Shown: positions 23,607 to 36,121 of the stretch, piece after piece
How the letters are laid out: every line of letters begins with the position of its first letter
How positions within the stretch are numbered: the first letter of the stretch is position 1
Assembly (NCBI GenBank): GCA_951406725.2
Contig: OX597817.1
Span: 122,202,001-122,266,000, forward strand
DNA length: 64,000 bases
From: Octopus vulgaris
Lineage: Eukaryota
Direction: 5' to 3'
Notes under the pieces: model-generated
Told to the model about the DNA's origin: nothing
The model's database searches: none
The model's input: only the letters and a program-made list of their open reading frames with translations
Made by a program: the position numbers and the translations under genes

Positions 23607-24191
23607 ATTGTAGAACAGTAGGTATGTCACATGACTCATTTGGCAAAGGAAATTACCTTGTTTGTATGATGCCATTTACTGATGTGCAATTTAGAGCCTG
23701 CAGGCTGATTTCTCTCTTTGATTTCAAAGTAGGTGATTGCTAATGTGTTTATTCTGCTGACTACATATACTAAATGATTTTATTTTCATGAAGCACTACA
23801 CGTTTTCAAACATAGATTAATTATACATACAGTTAAATTATACATGCAGTTCTATCTTATGCACATAAATTTACCTCTATGGATGATTGCTGAATATATG
23901 ATTTTCATTTCAAAATTAAGTAACTACCGCTGAAATGTTTTTAAATAATACATTAGATATTGATTTAAATTAAGACATGAGCTGTATAAATTAATGTGTA
24001 AAATGCTATCAAGAAGTGAAACATGTCTGCTTCTTTCGCTCTCTTTCTACCCGCGCTCACATGTAGATATTATGTAGGAGGAAATGAGCACACACAGTGC
24101 ATATATATGTATGTGTGTGTGTGTGTGTGCATGTATATACATTTATATGATTATATGAGTAATATACATATGGTCTTGTGTTTACACACTT

Positions 24192-24224
<33 letters not shown>

Positions 24225-24346
24225 GAAAGTGAAAGATATCTACAGAGGAGGAAAATATGAATATATGTGTGTGTGTATGCATGTATATGTGTATATATAT
24301 ATGTGTATATATATATATATGTATACATATATATATTTATACGTAT

Positions 24347-24397
<51 letters not shown>

Positions 24398-24640
24398 ATT
24401 GAAGAAATTGGAACTATATAATAATACTATTGGATAGTACTGGCCAATTCCGAAGGTCAACGAGCTTTATACTGTACTCTACCACGTTTTTAATGGAATA
24501 TACCATAACCATATATACATACACACACACACACATATGCATATATACACACACACACATGTATATACATATATAAACATATGCATATATATATATATAC
24601 ATATACACACACATATATACATATACACACACATATATAC

Positions 24641-24775
24641 ATGTTTCCGACGAAGAGCTCTGCTTGAAATGTCAAACCCTCCTTCTTCCTTTCTTTCCTG
24701 AGTGTCCAATAATACTTTATTTGTTCCACGTCCTTGCGTTGTTTTTTTGTTTTTGTTTTCTTGTTTGGATTAACT
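24641..24775 (+). mobile_element. Penelope-like terminal fragment with degenerate hammerhead
   Basis: GTTT-CCGACGA-A-GAGC(tct)GCTT-GAAA-TGTC-AAAC at 24643-24677; homologous to 36411-36614; embedded in (TA/CA)n. Confidence 0.65.
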
Positions 24776-25578
24776 TTATGTATATATATGTACATACATA
24801 CACACACGCATATATATATATACGCACGCACATATATAAGCATGCAGTAGAAAATACTTTATTACTATTTGTATATATATTTAATTTATGATGTATTTAC
24901 TTTGTAAGTTACAGTTAGTATACCATACCCAATAGCCTGATTTTTCCCATTAGCAAACCCTTTATTAACAAGAACCCTAATAATCAACCATGGTTTACTA
25001 AACATGACTTACATAAATAATAATATACACTCTAAGTCTGCACTGCAAACTTTTTCTTGTATTGATCACGAATAACACATGTGCATACATCTTTCTCTCC
25101 CCACAACCACACGCATTACTGGTTAGCGTGTAATGTCTTTGCTTCATTTTTCTACCTTTGAACTTTATTAATTCTTTGTTTAAATTAGGAATAATCACTC
25201 AGTAAGATCCTCAAACGATTAATATACACAATTGCTTTCATGGATTTTACATCTTGAAACATGCAAGTAAAGATATATGCTACACTTTCATTTCGAAACT
25301 ATGTTTAGGATAGTGCGTAGAATGGTTTTCAGGTTTTCAACTGCATTGTTCAGTCTGCATTTTTTGCACCCCCCAGGTGGTGCCCTGAGATTTCAAGCTA
25401 GCATATTTTTGTTTATACCCAGTATATTCAAGACTACATTATATGTTGAGAGATGAACTCAGAACATTCAGAGCAGGAACATTTACCACAAGACACTTAC
25501 CCGAAGCTCAACAGCTTCAGCCAATCAACTGTTTCAACATATATTTGCACACACATACTGACATATATGAGCATAAGT

Positions 25579-25619
<41 letters not shown>

Positions 25620-25620
<1 letters not shown>

Positions 25621-25810
25621 GCTATGATAGATCGCTAGCCACTAAACCTTTTTCTATTTTCTCTCCTTGTTTATTTCTGTGTTCCTGTCCGTCGAAGAGT
25701 TTAGGCTCGAAACATTAAAGACTTTCCCACTTCCTGAGCAATAAACTAATACATCAGTTTGTTGTTTACACACCCGTCTTCGTCTTTTGTCTTTTTGTAA
25801 ATTCTCACTA
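25620..25810 (+). mobile_element. Penelope-like terminal fragment with degenerate hammerhead (different family)
   Basis: CCGTCGA-A-GAGT(ttag)GCTC-GAAAC-ATT-AAAG at 25689-25720; pyrimidine-rich flanks; (TA)n on both sides. Confidence 0.5.
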
Positions 25811-25824
25811 TATATTTATATATT

Positions 25825-26055
25825 TATTTCTTTATTGCCCACAAGTGGCAAAACATAGAGAGGACAAACAAGGACAGACAAAGGGATTAACTCGAATATA
25901 TCAACCCCAGTGTGTAACTGGTACTTTACTTATCGACCTCGAAAAGATGAAAGGCAAAGTCGACCTCGGCGGAATTTGAACTCAGAATGTAACGGCAGAC
26001 AAAATACTGCTAAGCATTTCGCCTGGCGTGCTAACGTTTCTGCCAGCTCGACGCC
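25825..26055 (-). mobile_element. SINE family A, full length
   Basis: rc of GGCG.CGAGCTGGCAGAAACGTTAGCACGCC...AATAAAGAAATA. Confidence 0.9.
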
Positions 26056-26491
26056 TTTATATGTATATTCATATACATGTAAAATTGAGTTAATATTGCA
26101 ATATTACTTCTTATTTCATTGAGATCACAATGCTCAAAGGAAAACTGAGCCAAGCAGTATGAGAGTAAAATGTATAGTATGTCATTGAACCTGGCACTCT
26201 ATTATTTCTATTGTCCCACTGCAAATATATGCATACCATTACTTTCCTATATTATCCGCATGTCTACACATTTATAGGCATGATTAAAATCAATCACAAT
26301 ACAGTGACTGACACCAGAGCTCACAATAGAAATAAATGTGATGAAATTAACACAACTGTGTGCAGATGGAAATATAATTTCATATGGATATTAACATAGC
26401 ATATTTGGCAAGTATTAAGAACTCTGGGTAATTTATTTATTGTTTGTTTTGCTTAATTTCTTGATTTTCATTTATTATTTAATTACTCAAA

Positions 26492-26902
26492 TAACTGTGG
26501 AGGGAACCTATGGAAGAGGTAGACTCAGGAAGACATGGGATGAGGTGGTGAAATATGATCTTTGGATCTTGAGTCTCAGAGAGGTGATGACAAGTGATTG
26601 AGATCATTGGTTATATGCTGCGCTTGGGAAGACGCTTTAAGCTAAGGGAAATCATAGATGTGGCCAGTGCTGGCGACAGATAGAAGGCAACCATGCCTGT
26701 GGCACATAAGAGGCACTTGTGCCAATGACAAGTAAAATTCTCCCCACAACACTCTTGGAGTGACTGGCAGTAGGAAGGGCATTAGAAGCCAAGCCAAGTG
26801 AGATTGGAGCTTGGTACAGTTCTCTGGTTTACAAATCCCAGTCAAACTGTCTAATCCATGCCAGTATGTAAAAAAGGACACAAAATGATGATGATGATGA
26901 TG
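26492..26902 (+). mobile_element. RTE-clade LINE 3' end
   Basis: TVEGTYGRGRLRKTWDEVVKYDL..L..MTSD*DHW (RGRPRKTW..DRxxW motif), 3' UTR ending in (GAT)n. Confidence 0.8.
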
Positions 26903-27060
26903 AGGAGGAGGAGGAGGAGGAGGAGGGAGTATTTATTTTATGAGCCATTGATGAGTAAATAAGATGTCAATGTTTGATGGATTTGAAATAAGAGCATAGT
27001 TACACGAAACTAAATACATAAATTATTTAGTCAAGTAGCCTACTACTACATGTCATGTGA

Positions 27061-27098
27061 TCATGAGTAGTTTCTGACAAATTGTCTTCATCAGATTG
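27061..27098 (-). ncRNA. Minimal hammerhead-like motif
   Basis: rc CAAT-CTGATGA-A-GAC(aattt)GTC-A-GAAAC-TACTC-ATG; intact cores, weak stems. Confidence 0.4.
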
Positions 27099-27561
27099 TA
27101 TCAATAACACATTTGAAATAAAATCGATGTGAAGATGTCTGAAGAATTAAGTGAATATACAGTTTCAGATTAACGTGAAACAAATGATAGATACATCGAA
27201 TGGATATTCTATATGTCAGAAAAACTGCTCATCCATAATGTTATCTCTAGTTCTTGTGCTGGTGTTGGTGTTGCTGTTATTTAACAGCAGATCATCCATC
27301 ATCAAGCAGACCTATGAATACAAATGTTCCAGCTATGACCATCCTGTGTAATTTGTAGACACATTAACCAAATTAGAACTTTTTAAAACAGCAGAATGTG
27401 ATTTTAATGGCTTAAATAGCAGATTTATTTGTTGGTTCACTATGGTTGTTGTTATTGTTGTTAGCTCCTGGATGGCCCTAATTAAGCAGAGTTATGTCCA
27501 AAGACATCCTAGTCATAATCAACTTGTCTTTTTTGTATATTTAGAACTACATTATACAAGT

Positions 27562-27745
27562 AACCCAAGAATGAGATGGTTAGGAAATATTCATAATCTC
27601 AGTTGGTCATGATTTGGAATTTAACCAGAAAATGTAATGACAGTTGCCAATGATAGAACCCTATGGAGAAGGTGGCTGAGGGTGCTACACCCAAGACCTA
27701 CTCAGGAATAGTGAGCAGAAAAGATGGATGGATGGATGGATGGAT
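27562..27745 (+). mobile_element. RTE-clade (Rex3/Expander-like) LINE 3' end
   Basis: PRMRWLGNIHNLSW..GI..ENVMTVANDRTLWRR then (GATG)n tail; homologous to 63610-63880. Confidence 0.75.
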
Positions 27746-29104
27746 TATACAATGTGTCCTTTCACTTCCAAGACAGTAGAATATAACACAAGAGCATCTG
27801 GCAGTAAGATCTAGCAGATGGAGGGACCACCTAGAAATATCTTCTTTGTGATGATATTAGGTAACATATTGCATGATTTCTCCCACACTCATTCCTTCCC
27901 TAATATACTATTTCTAAAGTGCTTCATCTCCCTTGAAATAGAAGTACTTTATGTACCTTGAAATAGAAACGTAACAAAATTGAAGACAACATTGCATAGA
28001 TGATAATTGAAAAAATTCCTTTGTGTTTATATAGATGTCAAGAGTGTAAATTGTTTTATTTAGTATCAAATATAGTTTAACACTTTCTTCTTTATATTGT
28101 TTACGGTGTAGTGTTAACAATAAATTCAGATCCTTTATTGAAATCGTTGTTGATCCAATAATCAAATCTGACTAGCAGCATGTGTATGTGTGTGTAAGAG
28201 AGAGAGAGTGAGAGATTATGTGATGTTTTTCTTATTTTTATTTATCTATTTATTTTCCTTGCAGCCTGAGAGAAGCCATCAATTCAGCGTTGAAATAATA
28301 TGACAATGTTTTTAGTTCCCTGTAGAATAACTATTCCTAACCATTTTACCTCAGATTAGGCATATTTGTATAGCAGCTATTGTTTTTGCCCAAACTCTTG
28401 AGATGTACTGTTGACTGAAAAATCTTCCATGAATAGGAACCAATACTGGCTGTTGCTAAGGTTTCCCATGTCTGCTTATAGTAGTTGCTTTTTTCATGCT
28501 TTTATCTACGACTCTAGAGAATCTTATTTGAAGCCAGATGATTCTCAATAGTTTTGTAGTAACCTGCTGTGTATTAGCATACACGTCGTAACCTATTTGA
28601 TTAAATTTAGAAAAACCTCACAGTTAATGATTGACTGTGTGGTCAAGCATTCAACTGTTATCACTGTTTGTAAGATGTATAGTGTTGTATGCTTTCATCT
28701 AAGTTTGATCAATGTAATACATAGGTGGTAGCTATAAACGATGTTGTACAACTTTTAATACAGCAAAATAATTTCTGAAAAGCTACTTCTTTCCTGCCAC
28801 ATTAGTTCAAATATGTGTGTGTGTGTGTATATATATATACATATGTATATTTGTATATATGTATGTGTGAGTATCACAAAGGAATTACACACACACATAC
28901 ACACGTGCATAAATAAATATACTAATAAATATATATGTATATATATATATGTATGTATGTATGTGTGTATGTATGTATGTATACATAAATATACAAAGAT
29001 ATATATGTATATATGTATGTAGTCCAAAAAGTTATATATATATATATGTATGGAATGAGATAATTATATGTATGTGTTTATCATAAAAGAGTTATATATA
29101 TGTA

Positions 29105-30354
29105 CAGGGTGGGGCAGAGAGGACGGACGTTTTTGAAATGGCTATTACTCAGCCTCATTGGGGAGGGGTATATGTCTGACAGGTACCATTTGGTCCACAG
29201 TGTCAAAGCATTTTCTATTTTCTTTTCAGGTGAAGCCATAGCACTGTGGACAATAGAGCATTGCATGTATGCCTACTACAGTTATGTGAAGAATAACAAG
29301 TCTGTCACAGCAGTTCAGAGTGAGTTGTGGCACCGCTTCAACATTCTTCGATATCAAGCTGTTCCCACCCATAACACGAGGTACGCTAATGAATAGGAGA
29401 CCGGTGGGGGGTGCCATGGATGGTACAGACCCCAGAAAATGTGGAACACGTCAGACAAGTTTTGATACCGAGTTCGAATCACTCTGCTTGGAGGCATTCC
29501 ATTGAACTTGGCATTGGTAATCGATTGGTAAGGCATATTTTGCATGAAAATCTGCATTTCCACCCCTACAAAGTGGTCATCGGGCAACAGCTGAAACCAT
29601 GGAACTATGCACAGTGGCTTAACTTTGCACGTCAGATGGAAGCAATTTTTGAGGCAACTGACAACTTCATTTTGTTAATGAGTCATGAAGCTCATTTTCA
29701 TCTCAATGGCTTGGTCATTATTGAGCTCTTGAAAATTCGAGAGAACTGCACAAAAGACCTCTGCGCAGCACAAAAGTGATGATCTGGTATGCTCTTGGAA
29801 AAGCTGCTGTCATTCGTCCTTATTTTTTGAAGGCAATAATGATAATGGTGTTACTGTGAACTCCAAGTATTACATCAAGATGATAAACAACTTCTTTGCA
29901 TCTGAATTACAATAAAAACGTATGCTTATCTGATGTGTGTGGTTTTAGCAGGTTAGGGCGATAGCCAGCACATCAGTTCCAGGTTTGCTGACATTCCTTG
30001 ATCCCCTCAGTCCTCTGATTTCTCCATGTATAATTATTTTTTGTGGGGGAAACCTCATGGCATGTGTATATGGGTATAAACCCCATACATTGGATGCTTT
30101 GAAGGAAGCCCCATATGTGTGGAAGTAGCCCAGATCGACAGAGGACTGCTGAAGAGTGGAGGCAAACTTCTATAAATAGCTTCAGAAATGCATCAATGAA
30201 ATCAGACACCACATGATAGATGTTGTTCTCCACATTTGATTTTGACAAATGCAAATTCAATACGAACAAATTGATGTCAATAAAATTTGTTTGCATCTAA
30301 AATTAATGATTACGTGAATTTTTCAAAAACGTCCATCCCCTCTGTCCCACAATG
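29105..30354 (+). mobile_element. Near-full-length degenerate Tc1/mariner transposon (DUF4817/rosa-like)
   Basis: TIRs CAGGGTGGGGCAGAGAGGACGGACGTTTTTGAAA / TTTCAAAAACGTCCATCCCCTCTGTCCCACAATG, TA TSD; WTIEH..SVTAVQ..F, TPENVEHVR, HPYK..QQL, MSHEAHFHLNG motifs with frameshifts. Confidence 0.92.
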
Positions 30355-30771
30355 TATACATACATACATACATACATATATATTAGAACATGTGCATGTA
30401 TATATTTATACACACATACATATACAAACACATATATGCATATACATATATACATACATATTCAGAGAAATAGGGAGAGAGGGGGAGAGTAACCTAATAT
30501 ATTATAAAATTACAAGATCTGAGAGTCATTATTTCATACCAGTATGGTAGAATGGCAGAATCAGTAGAGCATCGAATGAAATGATTGGCAATTTTGGGTT
30601 GTGTCCCATTATGTTTTGAGTTCAAAATACACACTGGTTAGTTATATCTTCCACTTTCATCTTTCTAGGGTAGATGGATGGGGTTTGATCAGATTAGCAG
30701 TCAAGTACAAGAGCTGTTATAATCCCCTTTACACCAAATGTATATTCAGGTGCTTATTCATTTATTTTTTC

Positions 30772-31480
30772 TTTCTTTTGTTTCAGTCATTGGATTGTGG
30801 CTATACTGGAGCACTGCTTATTTTTTTAAAGTTTGGTACTTAATCTATTGGTCTCCTCTTTGTTGAACCACTAAATTTTAGAGACACAAGCAAACCAACA
30901 ATGCCTGCCAAATGGTGAAATACAAACACAAATATAAACACACATCATCATCTCACACACAGATACATGAACAAAGGCACATACATGCACACACAATACA
31001 TACTTACACACATACACACACATATATATATGTGCATACATATATTCATACATATATATACACACAATGGGCTTCTGCTCTTAGTTTCCATGAACGAAAT
31101 TCATTCATAAGGCATTGTAGAAGACACTGTGGAGGCATGTGGCTTCGTGGGTAGCATGTTGGACTCATGATCATGAGATCATGGTTTCAATTCCTACACC
31201 AGGCAACACAATTTGTTCTTGAATAAAACACTTCATTCACATTGCTCCAGTCCACTCAACTGGTAAAAATGAGTCATCTAGCAACAGACTGATGTCCCAT
31301 CCAAGTGGGGAATTTACACACCGTGAAACTGAAAAACTGCCCCTTTTTGAGTTGACATGACTCCAGAAAGTAACTTTACTTACTACAGAAGACATTTGCC
31401 CAAGGTGCTGCACAGTGTGATTGAACCCAGAACCATGTGGTTATGAAGTGAACACCATAATTAATTACACAGCCCTGTAC
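30772..31480 (-). mobile_element. Old SINE family B with a family C SINE (31130-31385, +) inserted
   Basis: Family B breaks at AGAAGACA and resumes AGAAGACATTTGCCCAAGG; insert has GGAGGCATGTGGCT head and CTTGAATAAAACACTTCA..CTCCAGTCCACTCAACTGG. Confidence 0.75.
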
Positions 31481-31754
31481 AGACCTATGTTAAAAAGTCT
31501 TACTGCCGCAAGATAAGGAAAAAGCCATCAGATGCTTGCTTGACTTCATAGAAAAATCAGATAAATAGCAGCTTTGTTGCAACTGTTGTAAAAAAAAGAA
31601 AGAACATGTGTCTGAAAACAATATGAGAGGTTTGTGATGGAAAGAAAGAAATATTTATTATTTTATAGATCAGTGTTGACTTGTAGCATGAGACAACAAC
31701 AATCATTAATTCAATTATGAATAGATGCATGTTTAACCATTTGGTCATCGTCAT

Positions 31755-32182
31755 GGGTGTGTGTGTGGTTGAAAACCTTCCTTCTTAACCATATGGTCTT
31801 GGGTTCAGTCTCATTATGTGGCACTTTGGGTGTCTTTTACTATTACCCTGGAGTGACCAAAGACTTGTGAGTTGATTTGGTTGGCAGGAACTTAAAGGCA
31901 CCTATCGTATATATATATGGAAGTGAGTGTGTATATGTATGTGTTTGTGTTGGGCCTTTGTTTAGACATGATGTGATGGTTGCATATAAGCATCCTTGTA
32001 GCACAAACAAAGTTATTCCTTTCTAGTCTTCCATGAAAAGCAGGCCTGACCATGAAGAAAAAATTATGTTGCTTGGAAAACTTCTAACAAGTTGGTGAGG
32101 GTAAATACATCTGGCTGTAGAAAATCTACCCCAAAATATTGTCTGACCCATGCTAGCATCGAAATATGGACATTGAATGCTG
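31755..32182 (+). mobile_element. Old SINE with family-B-like head and RTE-like tail
   Basis: GGGTTCAGTC..CTTGTGAGTTGATTTGG..CATCTGGCTGTAGAAA..CCATGCTAGCAT..GGACATT. Confidence 0.6.
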
Positions 32183-32194
32183 AAGATACTTATA

Positions 32195-32468
32195 GACTCA
32201 GCTCTTTATTGATTGAGTTGCATGTAAGCAACTTGAACACTACACAATAAATGTACAGGTAGGGTGTTCATGCAAAGAGTTCAGGCCATTTCTGGTCAAG
32301 AGAGACTTTGAACCGAGCAGTCGTCGGCATCTTCACTATCTCGTCCAGCAGCTTATTCCACGGATCCGCAACTCAGACGGAGAAAGCCCCTCTCCTTCAA
32401 TTGAGATGAAATCGTTGCAGATAGAGCTTTTCAGAGTGACCCCGCAGCCGACGCTCCGGAGCGGATTT
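32195..32468 (-). mobile_element. CR1-clade LINE 3' end
   Basis: APERRLRGHSEKLYLQRFHLN*RRGAFSV*VADPWNKLLDEIVKMPTTARFKVSLD matches the CR1 RGHxxKL..FS.RV..WN.L..FK..LD terminus; AATAAA near the 3' end. Confidence 0.85.
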
Positions 32469-33129
32469 AAGTTCCATCTCACTGTGTGACACCATGGGTA
32501 ATTAAGTGCCTTCAACTATAATTTTGAGCCAGCCAAAACCTCATGAACAGAATTAAAAGAAAGTGTATTGAAATTCATTATGTGTGTTTGTATGTGTGTG
32601 CTTTTCTGTGGCTCTGTGTGTGTGCAGGTGTGTGTGTGTGTATGCATATATGCACATATATCTACTCATATGAATGTTGAGATTTCATGGATGGCTTAGC
32701 TTGTCACCACTGAGCAAAACAGTGATGGGACATTTTTTAGTCTTTGTTGGCAATGTATCCTGTTGCCCCTAGGTAGACTTTCAAAGATCAGTGAAATAAT
32801 AATAAAAAAAAACAACATTCCTTTATTGTGACACTGAAAAGTGTTGATGACAAGAAAGATATCCATCTATAAAAAGCTGCCTCAAGAAAATCTCTGCTCA
32901 ACCATACAAGCACAAAAACAAAAATAATAATAAAAACCAGATGTAAAATGAAGAAACAAATGGAAGGTAACATAAAGCACAAGAACTCTTCACATGAAAA
33001 CTTGAAAGTTATTCTTACTTTATAAGCATTTCTGTGAAACCTGCAAAGTTAATATAAAGTTACAGCAGGCCTTTGACTGTCATATGTCAAGTTTTACCCT
33101 GCTTTATGTTTATCTTTTTTTTTATGCCA

Positions 33130-33165
<36 letters not shown>

Positions 33166-33566
33166 TTTTTATTTTAGCTGAACCCATTTGTACTCGAGAA
33201 AGGCATGAACATCAATAATTCCAATTGCATTTTTCTTCTACTGCCTTATAGTAAACAATATGCATAAGCTGTTTTACTTTACATTATTATAACAATGTCT
33301 GTTGTCATAATATATATGAGGTTTCTTTGCATTAATATTTAGTATGAAATGATATAGGAATACATTTCCTTTCCAAGCTTATGAAATTCAATTTTCCAAA
33401 TGTGCAGTAAGAGGAGAAAAAAAAAATTATTACAATCCTAGAGATGTATTACTTAATTTTGCTTATATTATTTCAGGAACACAAATGTGAGTAATGCATT
33501 ATTACAGCTAACAACAGGATATCTATCTATCTATCTATCTATCTATCTACCTATCTATCTATCTAT

Positions 33567-33612
<46 letters not shown>

Positions 33613-33919
33613 TCAAACATATGAACGGATATATATTTACACTCATACACACGCAGATGTATTTATAACATACAGACACATGCATAAAATATATAGAATA
33701 TAAAAAATGTTATTTCTCATGGTGTTATTCATAATAATATCCAGTAGAGGAATGAAGGGAAGCAAAATTCTGTGTAAGTTGGGTTTCCTTAATATTCATT
33801 CCTCTCATTGGCACAAATCACTTAAGTGCGCTGTACTTACAAGAATAGAGAGAACTTTATTCTGTTGAAAGTTAAAGAAGAATTCATATACCTATCTATG
33901 TATTTATGCATCTATGTAA

Positions 33920-34084
33920 GTATGTATGAATCTATCTACACATACATACATACGTACATACGTACGTACGTACATACGTACGTACATACATACATACATA
34001 CATACATACATACATACATACACACATACATACACACACACACACACACACATACATACATACATACATACATACATACATACA

Positions 34085-34114
<30 letters not shown>
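33920..34114. repeat. (CATA)n/(CGTA)n/(CA)n microsatellite
   Basis: Direct tandem repeats. Confidence 0.95.
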
Positions 34115-34115
<1 letters not shown>

Positions 34116-34436
34116 GGGGATACATTCACATGAAATTAGAAGTTGGTAAGAAAAGTCCATATAAATATAACCTGAGGAAACAATGTCATATCATTATTAC
34201 ACACACACACATATATATGTAAAAATAAATACATGAATATAATCAGTCAAGTTCCAAAAATGATGCAACACAGAACAGAGAGGAATGGTAATATACTGTT
34301 CTGCTGACATATACTAGTAATGTCATCATAGAAGGAATCAGTTGAAACTACAACTGCACATCAACAGGAATAGGATTTTGAGGATAATTACATCCACATA
34401 TAAATATTACAATCCTAGAGATGTATTACTCACACA

Positions 34437-34471
<35 letters not shown>

Positions 34472-34859
34472 TCATCATCATCGTTTAACGTCCGTTCTCC
34501 ATATCACGTGATCACGTGACCGACCAGACCATCAGATGTTGTTACACATCACTGGTCACAATGCGTTCGCATTGTTTTAGCCTTCGAATGACGCCACCCC
34601 GCTGGTTAAGCAAGCAGGCCAGTATATATATATATATATATACTAGCATTAAAGACCCGTCATTGCTGGGTCATAGTGCTAGTGCATGTATATATGTGTA
34701 TATATATGTGTGCATATTACATGTACATCTATATATATACATCTACACATAAAATACAAAGTTATATCTTGATATCGCTACTGATAACAATACTCAAAAT
34801 AAATAACAGACTGGAATTGTTAGCTCTTCTTTTTTCTCTACATTTTATACTTTTATATT

Positions 34860-35054
34860 TTATGCAGGAGGAAAGAGTGAGAGAAAGTTGTGGCAAAAGA
34901 GTCAGCAGAGGTTTGCCATTACCTTCTGCCAGTGCTGCGTGGAGCTTAGGTGTTTCGCTCATAAACACACACACACATTGCCCGGTCTGAGATTCGAACC
35001 CGCAATCCTTCGACCACAAGTCCACTGCTCTAACCACTAGGCCATGTGCCTCCA
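34860..35054 (-). mobile_element. tRNA-derived SINE (distinct tail)
   Basis: rc GGAGGCACATGGCCTAGTGGTTAGAGC..GGGTTCGAATCTC with A/B boxes, then GGCAGAAGGTAATGGCAAACC. Confidence 0.8.
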
Positions 35055-35252
35055 CATATACATACATACATATATTACATTAGAATTAAGAACATATATG
35101 GAAGCGATAATTCTCAAAATACAGGAAAAGGAAAGATCACAGTGGAATATGTCAACCTTGATCCACTAAGAAGACGATATGGTCACAGACAATGGCTTTC
35201 ATCCCAGGTTTTCTCAATCAAGTCTAACTTAAGGCTATACTACAAGATCTTC

Positions 35253-35652
35253 TGTGGTAAGTAGCTTGTTTACCAACCACATGGTTCCGGTTTCAGTCCC
35301 ACTGCATGGCATCTTGGGCAAGTGTCTTCTACTATAGCCTCGGGCAGACCAAAGCCTTGTGAGTGGATTTGGTAGATGGAAACTGAAAGAAGCCTGTCGT
35401 ATATATGTATATATATATATGCATGTGTGTGTTTGTGTGTCTGTGTTTGTCCCCCTAGCATTGCTTGACAACCGATGATGCTGTGTTTATGTCCAAGTTA
35501 CTTAGCGGTTTGGCAAAAGAGACCGATAGAATAAGTACTGGACTTACAAAAGAATAAGTCCCGGGGTCGAGTTGCTCGATTAAAGGTGGTGCTCCAGCAT
35601 GGCCGCAGTCAAATGACTGAAACAAGTAAAAGAGTAAAAGAGAGAGTAAAGA
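35253..35652 (+). mobile_element. SINE family B
   Basis: TGTGGTAAGTAGCTTG...GAAACAAGTAAAAGAGTAAAAG. Confidence 0.92.
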
Positions 35653-35900
35653 GTATCCACATTTCCACGCAATGTAAGAATTGGCCAAATAAACAAACTT
35701 CCCTCTCTCCTTTATCTTCTATTATTTCAAGCTCTTACTGAAATGTAGCATACTGTTCTTTTAGTGTAACATTACTCTTGGATAATTTTTATAATCTGTC
35801 TGCACCAGAAGGTGTTGACTCTCGTGTAATTGTTTAGCCTTTCATAGTAGTCAATATTTTCTTGACATTTAACATATATTTCATTATCATATTTTTTTAA

Positions 35901-36121
35901 CACTTTTGTTGCCATATTTCTTTTAAAATAAATTATCTTTGCTTCGATTAAATTTGAAAATAATGAAAAATTTTAGTAAAATAACTTTGTCGCTATTAAG
36001 GTGATGTTTGGAACATAAACAGGCATGAAATTTTGATGGAAGGTTTAATTCAGATTACTTTAAGCAGGAAGTTGATATTATAGAGCAAGGGGCAGTTTTA
36101 GATGGTTTGATATCAAAAGAT
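35901..36121. mobile_element. piggyBac-type MITE (diverged)
   Basis: TTAA on both sides, CACTTTTGTTGCCA / GATATCAAAAGAT ends; similar to 43070-43289. Confidence 0.65.
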
